This document shows positions 11,092 to 23,785 of a DNA stretch of 64,000 nt, piece by piece. The translations under genes and the position numbers were made by a program. A model generated the notes under the pieces. The model was not told the DNA's origin. It did not search any database and saw only the letters and a list, made by a program, of their open reading frames with translations. Origin of the DNA: Dehalococcoidia bacterium (GTDB lineage: Bacteria; Chloroflexota; Dehalococcoidia; DSTF01; RBG-16-68-14); the NCBI GenBank assembly GCA_040882355.1, contig JBBEBM010000017.1:62001-126000 (forward strand), written 5' to 3'. Position 1 is the first letter of the stretch, and each line of letters starts with the position of its first letter.

Positions 11092-12153
11092 CTAGCGAGG
11101 CGGCTTGCGGTTCGCCAGGGCCGATTGCACCTTAACCAGCATCGCTGCTTCCTCAAGCATTTCGCCGGTGCCTCGCACGACGCTTGAGAGCGGCTCATCC
11201 GCCACGTAGACCGGAAACTTGGTTTCCTGGGCGAGACGCCGGTCCAAGCCGCGCAGCAGGGCGCCGCCGCCTGCGAGCGCAATCCCCCGGTACATCAGGT
11301 CCGCCACAAGCTCCGGCGGCGTCACCTCAATGGTCGAACGCACCGCCTCGACGATGGCGCTGATCGAGCCGGAGAGGGCATCGCGCAGCTCCACGGTGCT
11401 CACCTCGACCGACTTCGGCAGGCCGGTGGCGAGATCCCGCCCTCGGATCTCGATCGATTCCTCTTCGTCCAGCGGAAACGCTGATCCGGCCTGAATCTTG
11501 ATCTCCTCCGCCATTCGCTCGCCGATGAGCATGTTGTGCACCTGGCGGGCGTAGGCGATGATCTCCTGGTCCATCTCGTCGCCGGCGACCCGGATCGACG
11601 TGCTGACGACGATGCCGCCGAGGGCGATCACCGCGACCTCCGTCGTGCCGCCGCCAATATCGACGATCATGCAGCCGTGGGGCTCCATCACCGGCAGGCC
11701 CGAGCCGATCGCAGCCGCCATCGGCTCCTCGACGAGGAACGCGGCGCGGGCGCCGGCGTTGAGGGCGGCGTCGTGCACCGCGCGCTTCTCTACCTCGGTC
11801 ACGCCGCTGGGGATGCCGATGACCACCCGGGGCCTCGGGATGCCGAGCCCGAAGCGGGCGTGGACGGCTCGGATGAAGTAGTGGAGCATCCGCTCGGTGA
11901 CCTCGAAGTCGGAGATGACGCCGTCCTTGAGGGGGCGGACCGCGACGATGTTGGCCGGGGTGCGGCCGACCATCCGCTTCGCTTCGGCGCCGATGGCGAG
12001 GATCTTCTTCGAGATCTTGTCGATGGCGACGACCGAGGGCTCGTCGATGACGATGCCGCGGCCGCGCACCATCACCAGGGTGTTTGCGGTCCCCAGGTCG
12101 ATGCCCACATCGTGCGAAAAGAAGCCAAGTAACGTCGTAAGCGGGTTGATCAA
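11092..12153 (-). CDS. mreB: Rod shape-determining protein MreB
   Basis: GIDLGTANT, EPMAAAIG and DIGGGTTE. Confidence 0.97.
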   Translation of the reverse strand: MINPLTTLLGFFSHDVGIDLGTANTLVMVRGRGIVIDEPSVVAIDKISKKILAIGAEAKRMVGRTPANIVAVRPLKDGVISDFEVTERMLHYFIRAVHARFGLGIPRPRVVIGIPSGVTEVEKRAVHDAALNAGARAAFLVEEPMAAAIGSGLPVMEPHGCMIVDIGGGTTEVAVIALGGIVVSTSIRVAGDEMDQEIIAYARQVHNMLIGERMAEEIKIQAGSAFPLDEEESIEIRGRDLATGLPKSVEVSTVELRDALSGSISAIVEAVRSTIEVTPPELVADLMYRGIALAGGGALLRGLDRRLAQETKFPVYVADEPLSSVVRGTGEMLEEAAMLVKVQSALANRKPPR

Positions 12154-12260
12154 GGCGCGTCCCTACGCTGAAAGCGAACCACCAGCGGGCTGCGTACGAA
12201 ACGGATTATATCGAATGGGGCGCGTAGTGCAAAGAGGGTCGCGCGGAAGACTCGTGTTTG

Positions 12261-12294
12261 CGCTTCGAAAACTCCGCAGACCGTTTTCGAAGCG
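12261..12294. terminator. Perfect 12-bp inverted repeat (terminator or operator)
   Basis: CGCTTCGAAAAC-N10-GTTTTCGAAGCG, just 3' of the ligA/PNPOx genes. No U-tract. Confidence 0.5.
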
Positions 12295-12305
12295 TCGCAG
12301 AGCGC

Positions 12306-15403
<3,098 letters not shown>

Positions 15404-15404
<1 letters not shown>

Positions 15405-15499
15405 CACGCGGCGCCTTCAACCGAGAGGCGCACCGCGGTCGCCCGGCCGATGCCAGAGCCGGCGCCTGTGACCAGCGCTACCTTACCCGGAATGGCCAT
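15404..15499 (-). pseudogene. Truncated short-chain dehydrogenase (N-terminal 31 aa only)
   Basis: Reads MAIPGKVALVTGAGSGIGRATAVRLSVEGAA*, containing the TGxxxGIG Rossmann motif. Not in the ORF track. Confidence 0.8.
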
Positions 15500-15941
15500 T
15501 GTTCGACGAGAGGATTCGCGCTGTCGCGGTAGCCGTCGCGATCACCTCGCTGTCCTCTCGCATGAGCGTGCCTTCCAGGAACGCGATGGCCGAGGTCCTG
15601 TGCGCGACGCGTCCTTCGGCGACGAGCGGCCCGGGCCGCGCGGGCCGGAGGTAGGTCACCTTCATCTCGAGCGTCGGCGCAGCCTGGCCCGCGTCAAGTA
15701 GGGAGAAGATAGCCGGCCCCATCGCGTCGTCGAGCATGGCGGCGAGGAAGCCGCCCTGGACCGTGCCCTGCGGATTGCAGAACTCATCTCGCGCGTTGAA
15801 GCGCACCAGAACGCGTCCCGGCTCCAGGCTGATCGCTTCCCAGCCCAGCAGGGCGCTGCAGTTAGGCATGGGCACCGGCCCGTTACCTTCCGCCACCTCG
15901 CGGAGGACATCGAGACCGGTGCGAACCGTGGTCATAGTCAT
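15483..15941 (-). CDS. PaaI family thioesterase
   Basis: NPQGTVQGGFLAAMLDD and TYLRP. ATG at 15941. Confidence 0.9.
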   Translation of the reverse strand: MTMTTVRTGLDVLREVAEGNGPVPMPNCSALLGWEAISLEPGRVLVRFNARDEFCNPQGTVQGGFLAAMLDDAMGPAIFSLLDAGQAAPTLEMKVTYLRPARPGPLVAEGRVAHRTSAIAFLEGTLMREDSEVIATATATARILSSNNGHSG

Positions 15942-15951
15942 GGCTGCCCCT

Positions 15952-16311
15952 TTACGCCGGCTTGTATTCGATGAGCTGGCAGTAGTTGCCGTCCGGGTCG
16001 AGGAAGGTGGAGATGACGCCGCCCCACTCCTCGCGTCCGGCCGTGCGGATGAACGACACGCCCTGCTGCTCCAGCCGCTTCTGCTCCGCCGCGAGGTCAT
16101 CGACGAAGAAGTCGATCAGGACGCGCTGGGGCTCCTTGGCGGCGCCTTTGGTGTCGCTGTGGCCGTCGATCATGAAGGCGGCGCCGGCCGCATCGAACGC
16201 GCCCTCTCCCATCTCCGGCCGTGGCGGCAGGCCGACCACGTCCTTGTAAAACCCGACGAGGCGCTCTGGCTGCTCACTGGTGACCGTGATGACAAACGAT
16301 GTGACCTTCAT
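15952..16311 (-). CDS. VOC/glyoxalase family protein
   Basis: FYKDVVGL, VDDL and DPDGN motifs; AGGAGG-like RBS. Confidence 0.9.
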   Translation of the reverse strand: MKVTSFVITVTSEQPERLVGFYKDVVGLPPRPEMGEGAFDAAGAAFMIDGHSDTKGAAKEPQRVLIDFFVDDLAAEQKRLEQQGVSFIRTAGREEWGGVISTFLDPDGNYCQLIEYKPA

Positions 16312-16339
16312 TTCCTTCCTCCTTCAGTGTGGTAAGGCC

Positions 16340-16372
16340 ACGTTACACCGCCTTCGTGACAGCAGCGTGTCA
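16340..16372 (-). promoter_or_regulatory. WYL/PafBC-like promoter: TGACA-N6-TGTCA palindrome plus -10 TAACGT
   Basis: Minus strand reads TGACAcgctgcTGTCAC-N10-TAACGT upstream of the VOC gene. Confidence 0.6.
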
Positions 16373-16437
16373 GTAGTGACCGAGGAGGACGCGAAACGCC
16401 GCGACCCCTCGACCCGGGGTGGGGCACTGGTGAGGGG

Positions 16438-19400
16438 TTAGGCGCAGGTGTGGCCGAACTGGGCGGCGACGGCCGCGAGGTCGCCCGCGGTGATCGAGCC
16501 GTTAGCCGGTAGGAGGTCCCACGCTTGCTGCGCGGGCATCGACCCGCCCCGGTCGTAGGCCGGGTGGTAGTTCTCGCGCGAGCCGGAGGGCACGATCGGC
16601 GGGTTGGGTGTGGAGAACGGGTCGATGCCGCGGTCGAAGTCACCAGCCTCGAAGTCGGTCGCGCCGAAGCGGGCGACGATGCCCGCCAAGTCGGCGGCGG
16701 CGATGGCGCCGTCGCGTTGGAGCGAGGCGCCTGTGGGCACGTCGAAGAAGTCCCAGAGGTTGTGGGAGTTGCGCTGGCCGCCCTGCAGGGCGTCCGCGCC
16801 GGCTTCGCGCACGTCCGTGCAACCGTCGTTGTCGTCGTCGGGATCGCTCCCGTTGGCGATCCCGTCGTGATCGGTGTCGGCGGCCACCTCCTTGCGCGTG
16901 ATGAAGCGAACATCGTCGATGCCGGCGTGAAGGCGCGCGTAGAAGCTGTCCACCACGGCGAAGCGCAGGCAGACGTCTTGCCCAACGAAAGCTGAAGCGG
17001 TGCCGGCGATCAGGCTGTAACCAAAGATCGAGGGCTCGTCCTCCTCAGTCAGATAGAGGTTCGCCAGGATGTGCTCCGGCCGCAGCGTGAACGGATCGGC
17101 CGACATGCCCGCAGCACTAACCAGGTCTGCGCGGAACTGCTGATTGGGCGAGCGCCGATAGTCGAGCGACTGGACAGGAATGTAGGTGATTGCCTCGTTC
17201 GCCAGGAACAGGCGGAACACGATCGTGCCGACATCGAGCACACCGCAGCGATAGAGCAAGTGTGAGCCGGGGCCGGACGCATTGGTCATCGCGGCTTGGA
17301 CGCCTTCAGGCGGAGTCGGGAAGGTCCCGCTGGCGAAGCCGTCGCAGTCGCCGCTGGGTAGCTGACTGCCGGCCTGGATGCACCAGCCTCCATCGCTCCC
17401 CGCCTGATCAAGGCCCGTCCAGCAAGGAATGAGCTTCGTGCTCTGGATGCCGGCCTCGAACCCGCTGTTGTCGCCTGGAGTGCCTCCCGGCGCGCAGGGC
17501 GGGGCAGGGACGCCGTGGAGCGTCAGGATCAGATCGCCGACAGCCGGGGGCTCAAACGGGCTGTCCATACCGCCAAGCTGGACGTGATAGGTGACACCCG
17601 CGGTGGCGGTGAAGCTGATCTGCGGGCCCTGCGGCGGGAAGAAGCCGTCGATGAAGAAGCCGCTTTCGTCGGTCGCGCAGGCGATGTTTTGGAGCGCGGG
17701 GAGTGTGCTGCCCGTGTAGGCGGCGATGCCGACGCCGCCGAACGCGCTCCCGCTGGCCCGGGCCAGGAACAGCGTTTCGGAGCTGGGAGTGAAGGAGTAC
17801 CAGACCGTGTTCCGCAGGGCGCCGCACGGCTGCGGCTCGTCGGGCTCCAGCGTGGCTAGCCGGGCGTTCTCCGAGAGCCTGGCCGGCGGCGAGAACGGCT
17901 CGGCGATCTCCGTGGCGAAGTCGAAGTCGTCGTTGGGCGGGGGCGGCGGCGGCGGCAGCTTTTCGCAGTCGCCGGCGCTGCACGAGAGCGACGTGCCGTT
18001 CGGCGCGCAATCCGTTGGCTGGAGTTGCGTGCCCAGCACCATCGTGAAGTCGAGCGCGTCGTCACCGCTCAAGAAGTCGAGTGGGATAATCGCCGTCAGG
18101 GTGCGTTGCCCGTAGACGACGGGGGCGGCGCCTATCGTGCCGAAATTCACGTCGTAGATGAATAGGAGGTTGCTCGGGAAGAACAGCTCGCCGAAGGCGT
18201 CCGCGCCGGTCATGCCCGGCGGTAGGTTGGGTGCAGGACCGCAGTTGGAGTCGGCGGCCGACGTGATGCCCGTGGAGGCGTTCTGGTCGGTGTCGAAGTC
18301 GATCACGCCGGCGACATCGCCGGGGCTGATCGGGTCCTGGAACTCGACAGTGAGGTAGAAGTCGTCGGCGTCGAACGAGCCGCGCACTTCCGTAATGTCC
18401 GGCGCCAGGCCGCCGAACGAGTCGCCGCCGGGATCGTCGTTCGAAAACGTCGCCGGCGGCAGGAAGATCACATCGGTGTCCGCGCAGGAGGTGTTGTTCG
18501 TTTCGACGCCCTCCGCGATATCGTTGTCGGGGTCGACGGTGGCGCAGTTGGTCAGCAGGCCGGCTGTTACGGCCTCCAGGGGGAGTGCCACGATCTTCGT
18601 CTCGCCGGAATCGAGTGTGCCGGCGTCGCAGGTGACGGTGGCGCCCATCTGCGAGCAGACTGCCGGGAGCGGTCCGCCGACAGCGAGCTCGGGCGGGAGC
18701 GTGTCCTCGACGATGACAGGACCAGCCGAGACCGAGCCTCGATTGCGCACATGCAGCTCGTAATCGAACGTTTCACCAACGGCCACACTGGCAGGCGGCG
18801 AGAGGCGCACGTCGAGCTCCGGCAAGGGCGGGCAATCGATGATCGAGGCGGCTCCGGCCGGGTCGTCGTCCGGGATGGTCACGGGTGTGTCGAAGGCGCT
18901 GCAGAAGAGGCCGTCGGACTGCAAGGCGAAGTCGCTGATCGCGCCGTCGTCCGGGAAGAGGTCGTTATCGACGCCCTTGAGGAACCAGGGCGTCGCGACG
19001 CTAGGCGGCCACGACGCCGCGCACTCGCTGACGCCGAACGTGCCCGCGACGCGGCTCGCCAGGATGGGCGGGAAGTCGAGGATGACCGCCTCGCACGAGG
19101 GCGAGTTCGGGTTGCCCACGCCGACGGTGAGCTGGAGCGCGGGCGGGAAGGCGTGATCGACGAGCACCGGCGCGAAGACCGAGTCGCCGCCCAGTGCCGC
19201 CGTCACGTCAATGCGGCCCGCGCCGTCCCAGTTCGGTGTGTCGCCGTCGGGCAGGTCGTGAGCGGTGTCCTGCATGATCGCGCGCACGTCTTCGTTGGTG
19301 CGGGTGCCGTCCTGGGCGAGCAGGAGCGCCGCGAGGCCGGCGACCTGCGGCGTGGAGAACGAGGTGCCGCTACTGATCGTCGTGCGGCCGTCGTCCAGGC

Positions 19401-20664
19401 AGTCGCCCAGGAAGTTGCAGAACGCCGGCGGGACGGCGGAAACGATGTCGACGCCCGGCGCCGTGACCGATATCTCCGGTCCATACTGCGAGAAGTCGGC
19501 CTTGCCGTCGAAGTTGTCCAGGTAGCCGGATGCTGAGACCGCGATCGCGTTCGGGTCGGCGGCGGGCATGCTGACGCAGCCCTGGCCGCTGTTGCCTGCG
19601 GCCACGACAATGGTGACGCCGAAGTCATCGTGGGCGACTTCCATCGCGTCCTGGATCACGGGGTCGCTTGGGGGGATGCCGGGTACGCAGCCGGACCCCA
19701 GGCTCATGTTGATCACGTCCGCGCCGTTCTCGGCCGCGTAGATGATGCCCGCTGCGATGTCGGGCGAGTCGCCGCCGCCGAAGGTGAGCACCTTCACCGG
19801 CATGATCGTGCAGTCGAACGCGACGCCCACGCCGCTCACGTCGTTGTTCGCCTCGCCGCACGCGACCCCACCGACGAACGTGCCGTGGCCGAAGTCGTCT
19901 GAAGGGTCCCCAGACGATGAGCCGCCGAAGAAGTAGCAGCCGTGCACGTCGTCGATGCAGCCGTTGCCGTCGTCGTCGATGCTGTTGCCAGCGATCTCGC
20001 CGGGGTTCGTCCAGATCTGGCCGTCCAGGTCGGGGTGGGTGATGTCCACACCCGTGTCGACGACGGCCACGATGATGCTGTCGTCGCCGGTCTCGATCTG
20101 CCAGCCGGCCGGCGCGTTGATCGCGTGGTAGTACCAGTGCTGGATGGCGGTGTAGGCAGGGTCGCCCGGCGGGCCGCCGGAGGTGGTGTAGCGATAGCTC
20201 GGCTGGGCGAACTCCACGCGCGGGTCGAGTTCGTACGCGCTCACCGCGTGCGCCACGTTCGTACCCGGTGGCAGGCTGACGGTGATGGCGCCGGCCTGGT
20301 CTGTCTGCGAGACCTCAGTGCCGCCCAGCTCGCCGAGCGCGGCGCGACGCGCGTCCTGCCCGACGTTCGACTTGAAGCGCACGACGAGCCTGTCTGCGGC
20401 GGCGGTCGGGCCATGCTCGCGTGGCGCTGGCGGGATTTCGGCGAAGAGCTTGTCGCCCGGGCGGCGCGCAACGGCGTCGGGGTCGATCGCCGGCGTGGTC
20501 GGGGCCCAGTCGCGAGGGGGTAGCCCCGTGGGCTCCGACGGAGCCTGCGGCGCTGGCGCCGAGAAGCTTGTGCTGCCGAGGCCGGCGCTGACGAACTGCA
20601 CGGCTGCCAGGGCCGTTACGGCGGCGACGGCGAGCGCGCACGCAACGAGGATCTGTCGCCGCAT
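16438..20664 (-). CDS. Secreted S8 subtilase with DUF11-like domain and Chloroflexi-type (flexitail-like) C-terminal surface tail
   Basis: Signal peptide. Catalytic triad VVDTG / HGTFVGG / SGTSFSTP. PPNDDF module. C-terminal DTDHDG...LWDFFDVP...VARFG. Confidence 0.9.
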   Translation of the reverse strand: MRRQILVACALAVAAVTALAAVQFVSAGLGSTSFSAPAPQAPSEPTGLPPRDWAPTTPAIDPDAVARRPGDKLFAEIPPAPREHGPTAAADRLVVRFKSNVGQDARRAALGELGGTEVSQTDQAGAITVSLPPGTNVAHAVSAYELDPRVEFAQPSYRYTTSGGPPGDPAYTAIQHWYYHAINAPAGWQIETGDDSIIVAVVDTGVDITHPDLDGQIWTNPGEIAGNSIDDDGNGCIDDVHGCYFFGGSSSGDPSDDFGHGTFVGGVACGEANNDVSGVGVAFDCTIMPVKVLTFGGGDSPDIAAGIIYAAENGADVINMSLGSGCVPGIPPSDPVIQDAMEVAHDDFGVTIVVAAGNSGQGCVSMPAADPNAIAVSASGYLDNFDGKADFSQYGPEISVTAPGVDIVSAVPPAFCNFLGDCLDDGRTTISSGTSFSTPQVAGLAALLLAQDGTRTNEDVRAIMQDTAHDLPDGDTPNWDGAGRIDVTAALGGDSVFAPVLVDHAFPPALQLTVGVGNPNSPSCEAVILDFPPILASRVAGTFGVSECAASWPPSVATPWFLKGVDNDLFPDDGAISDFALQSDGLFCSAFDTPVTIPDDDPAGAASIIDCPPLPELDVRLSPPASVAVGETFDYELHVRNRGSVSAGPVIVEDTLPPELAVGGPLPAVCSQMGATVTCDAGTLDSGETKIVALPLEAVTAGLLTNCATVDPDNDIAEGVETNNTSCADTDVIFLPPATFSNDDPGGDSFGGLAPDITEVRGSFDADDFYLTVEFQDPISPGDVAGVIDFDTDQNASTGITSAADSNCGPAPNLPPGMTGADAFGELFFPSNLLFIYDVNFGTIGAAPVVYGQRTLTAIIPLDFLSGDDALDFTMVLGTQLQPTDCAPNGTSLSCSAGDCEKLPPPPPPPNDDFDFATEIAEPFSPPARLSENARLATLEPDEPQPCGALRNTVWYSFTPSSETLFLARASGSAFGGVGIAAYTGSTLPALQNIACATDESGFFIDGFFPPQGPQISFTATAGVTYHVQLGGMDSPFEPPAVGDLILTLHGVPAPPCAPGGTPGDNSGFEAGIQSTKLIPCWTGLDQAGSDGGWCIQAGSQLPSGDCDGFASGTFPTPPEGVQAAMTNASGPGSHLLYRCGVLDVGTIVFRLFLANEAITYIPVQSLDYRRSPNQQFRADLVSAAGMSADPFTLRPEHILANLYLTEEDEPSIFGYSLIAGTASAFVGQDVCLRFAVVDSFYARLHAGIDDVRFITRKEVAADTDHDGIANGSDPDDDNDGCTDVREAGADALQGGQRNSHNLWDFFDVPTGASLQRDGAIAAADLAGIVARFGATDFEAGDFDRGIDPFSTPNPPIVPSGSRENYHPAYDRGGSMPAQQAWDLLPANGSITAGDLAAVAAQFGHTCA

Positions 20665-20791
20665 TCACGTCACCTTGCTGGTGGGGGCCACAACACTTCC
20701 TCCGCTAGCCTGCCCCTATTCAGGGATCCTGCCAGGTGCGAACATAGCATCGCTTCCGCCGGCCCGTTTGTCAAGGGCCGTTTGGTCGAAA

Positions 20792-21730
20792 CTACCCCTC
20801 TACGTACCGTCCCGCAAGCGCTTCGGCTTCGCCTCGCAGCCGCTCGACGGCATCCGGCGGCGAGAGGACGCGCGCCGTGGCGCCCCTGCTCAGCAGCCAG
20901 GGGAGGAGACGCCGCAGGTCCCAGCAGGAGTAAACGAAGATCGAACCGCCTTCTGCCGGCTCCTCTCGCTCGAAGCCGAACGCCGGCGACTCGCGCGCCC
21001 ACGGCACGGCTGAGGCCTCGATCCAGACGCGGACCTCCAGAGGGGGCGTGTGAGCGCGGCCATCGTCGTGGTCGTGGAAGGCGATGCGCTCTGGCCGGGC
21101 GAAACGTTCGGCCAGCACCTCGGCGCCGCGAATGCGGACGGCGCGGAAGTCGCGCACGCTCTCGCGCAGGCGGCAGTAGCCGACCAGGTGCCAGTCGTCG
21201 CCGTAGAACGTCAAGAAGTGCGGCTCCACCTTGCGCTCCGTGATCTCGTCTGACGCGTACGAGTGGTAGCGCAGCCAGAGCACCCGATCGTCGAGCACGG
21301 CCTGCTGGAGCAGCGGCAACCAGGGCGAGGCGTCCTGTCGCATCCAGCGCGAGACCCGGATACGCTCTCGCAGCCGGTCGACCTCCAGACGCGTCTCGGG
21401 CCGCAGGGCGGCCTCGACCTTCGCGGCGGCGGCGCGGACGGCCTCGCGCTGCTCCGGCGTGCCAAGCCCGAGCGCGAGGTCGCTTCCGAGGAGGAGCTGC
21501 ACCGCCTCTTCCGCGGTGAAGGCGATGGGCGGCAGATGGTAGCCGGGCACCATGCGATAGCCCTCGCCGGGCAGCGCCGCGACGGGCACGCCGGCCTGGC
21601 AGAGCGCGTCGATGTCGCGGTAGACGGTGCGGACTGAGCAGCCGATCTCCTCGGCGAGGTCGGCGGCGCGCAGGGGCGTCTCCTCCCGCAGGCGCATGAG
21701 GATCAGCAGCCGGCGGTCCATCTGTTTCAT
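20792..21730 (-). CDS. HTH-WYL transcriptional regulator (YafY/PafB-like)
   Basis: SVRTVYRDI HTH, EP..L, WHLVG, RDFR..RI and a WCX-type C-terminus. TATAAT 7 nt upstream of the ATG. Confidence 0.93.
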   Translation of the reverse strand: MKQMDRRLLILMRLREETPLRAADLAEEIGCSVRTVYRDIDALCQAGVPVAALPGEGYRMVPGYHLPPIAFTAEEAVQLLLGSDLALGLGTPEQREAVRAAAAKVEAALRPETRLEVDRLRERIRVSRWMRQDASPWLPLLQQAVLDDRVLWLRYHSYASDEITERKVEPHFLTFYGDDWHLVGYCRLRESVRDFRAVRIRGAEVLAERFARPERIAFHDHDDGRAHTPPLEVRVWIEASAVPWARESPAFGFEREEPAEGGSIFVYSCWDLRRLLPWLLSRGATARVLSPPDAVERLRGEAEALAGRYVEG

Positions 21731-21811
21731 GGGCTTCTATTATACGGTGCCCTCGCTCAGGCCTTGCGAAGCGGTGCTATACTTGGCGCGCAACCGCCGC
21801 CGGAGGCCTGC

Positions 21812-23107
21812 ATGAACGTTAGAGAAGCCTTCCAGGATGTCCTGCAGAACACTGTGCTTCGCGCGATCGTGTCGGTGGAGCGGGTGCAGACTGGCGTGGC
21901 GTGGAACCCGCTGGACAAGCGCTACCGCAGCGACCCCTACCCTCTCTTTGCCAACCTGCGGACGAAGGACCCCTTCCACCGCAGCCGGCTGATTAACGGC
22001 TGGGTGCTCACGCGCTACGACGATGTCAGCGCCGTCCTCCGCGACGGACGCTTCCTCGCCGACGACCGCAAGCTGCCGGGTTTCGACCGCAGCCAGCGGC
22101 AGCTTCTCAAGTCGGGCGTTATCACCGAGGAAGAGGCCGAGCGGCGCAAGCGCACCGCCATGATGCTGCGCACCGACCCGCCGGACCACACGCGCCTGCG
22201 GTCGCTGGTGAGCAAGGCCTTCACGCCGAAGGCGGTCGAAGCGCTCCGGCCTCGGATCGAAGCGATCGTGACCGAGCTGCTCGACGCCGTCGCCGAACGG
22301 GGCGAGATGGACGTCATCCGCGACCTCGCCTATCCGCTGCCGGTGATCGTGATTGCCGAGATGCTCGGCTTGCCGGTCGAGGACCGCGAGCAGTTCAAGC
22401 GCTGGTCGGATGACCTCGTGCTCGGGCTCGGCATCCAGACGCTCGACGAAGTGCGACGCTCGTTCGCGGCACAGCGTGAGCTGGCCGCGTACATTCGCGG
22501 CCTCGCCGAGGAACGCCGGGGAGAGCCGCGCGAGGACCTGCTGAGCGCGCTGGTGGCGGCTGAGGAGGAGGGCGACAAGCTCACAGACGAGGAGGTCTTC
22601 ACCACGGTTAGCCTGCTGCTGGTGGCAGGCAACGAGACGACGACCAACCTGATCGGCAACGGCCTGCTCGCTCTGCTGCGCCACCCCCACCAGGTCGATC
22701 TGCTGCGTGACAGCCCCGACCGGCTGGAGAACGCGATCGAGGAGCTGCTGCGCTTCGATAGCCCGGTGCAGGCGACGACGCGTTTCGTGCTCGAGGATAC
22801 GCAGCTCGACGGGCACACGGTGCGGGCGAACCAGCAGGTCGCGCTCCTGCTGGGCGCAGCCAACCACGACCCGGAGCGCTTTCCTGACCCCGACCGCCTC
22901 GACGTCACGCGCGAGAACGTGCAGCCGCTCTCGTTCGGCCACGGCATTCACTACTGCCTGGGAGCGCCCCTCGCCCGTGTCGAGGGCCGGATCGCCTTCG
23001 GTGCGCTGCTGGAGCGCTTCCCGCACCTCCGTCTTGCGACGGACCACGCCGAGTGGTCGAACAACCTGATCCTTCGTGGCCTGACATCGCTGCCGGTGAT
23101 GTTCTAG
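21812..23107 (+). CDS. Cytochrome P450
   Basis: DPPDHTRLR, AGNETT, EELLR and FGHGIHYCLG. GGAGG precedes ATG 21812. Confidence 0.96.
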   Translation: MNVREAFQDVLQNTVLRAIVSVERVQTGVAWNPLDKRYRSDPYPLFANLRTKDPFHRSRLINGWVLTRYDDVSAVLRDGRFLADDRKLPGFDRSQRQLLKSGVITEEEAERRKRTAMMLRTDPPDHTRLRSLVSKAFTPKAVEALRPRIEAIVTELLDAVAERGEMDVIRDLAYPLPVIVIAEMLGLPVEDREQFKRWSDDLVLGLGIQTLDEVRRSFAAQRELAAYIRGLAEERRGEPREDLLSALVAAEEEGDKLTDEEVFTTVSLLLVAGNETTTNLIGNGLLALLRHPHQVDLLRDSPDRLENAIEELLRFDSPVQATTRFVLEDTQLDGHTVRANQQVALLLGAANHDPERFPDPDRLDVTRENVQPLSFGHGIHYCLGAPLARVEGRIAFGALLERFPHLRLATDHAEWSNNLILRGLTSLPVMF

Positions 23108-23149
23108 CGGCCCGAGTCCGCAGGCCGTTCGTGCTACAATGCGCTTGCT

Positions 23150-23776
23150 ATGGGCCGAAAACGAGTCATCGTGCTGGATTACGGCGCCGGGAACCTGCGC
23201 AGCGTCGCTCGCGCGGTCGAGCACGTCGGCTTCACCGCCGACGTTTCGGACAACCCGCGCGCGCTTGATGACGCGGACGCAGTCGTGATGCCCGGCGTCG
23301 GCGCCGCCGCCGACACGATGCGCCACCTCCAGGACGGCGGCTTCGTCGAGCCGCTTCGAGCCTACATCAAGGGAGGACGCCCGTTCCTGGGCGTCTGCAT
23401 GGGCTTCCAGGCGCTGCTCGACGTGAGCGAAGAGGGCGGCGAGCACCCCTGCCTGGGCATCGTGCCGGGCCGGGTACGGCGCTTTGCCGGCGGCGAGGGC
23501 CTGAAGGTGCCGCACATGGGCTGGAACAACGTCGCGCAGACGCGGGAGCACCCGGTCTTCGCCGGCATTCCGGACGGCAGCTACTTCTACTTCGTTCACG
23601 GTTACTATCCAGACCCGGAGGACGAATCGCTGGTTGTGGGGCGGACGGAGTACGGCGTGACCTTCGCGTCGGCCATCGCCCGCGACAACCTGGTGGCGAC
23701 GCAGTTCCACCCGGAGAAGAGCGGTCGCGCCGGCCTCCAGCTTTACCACAATTTCCTGACCGGCTCCTGCAACTAA
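23150..23776 (+). CDS. hisH: Imidazole glycerol phosphate synthase subunit HisH
   Basis: DYGAGN, PGVG, GVCMG, PHMGWN and QFHPEKS. Confidence 0.97.
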   Translation: MGRKRVIVLDYGAGNLRSVARAVEHVGFTADVSDNPRALDDADAVVMPGVGAAADTMRHLQDGGFVEPLRAYIKGGRPFLGVCMGFQALLDVSEEGGEHPCLGIVPGRVRRFAGGEGLKVPHMGWNNVAQTREHPVFAGIPDGSYFYFVHGYYPDPEDESLVVGRTEYGVTFASAIARDNLVATQFHPEKSGRAGLQLYHNFLTGSCN

Positions 23777-23785
23777 GGTGTCGCG

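Noticed and set aside
20792..21730. WYL protein as marker of an anti-phage defence island
   Set aside because: It has the YafY/PafB-type architecture and its neighbours are metabolic; no defence genes are nearby.
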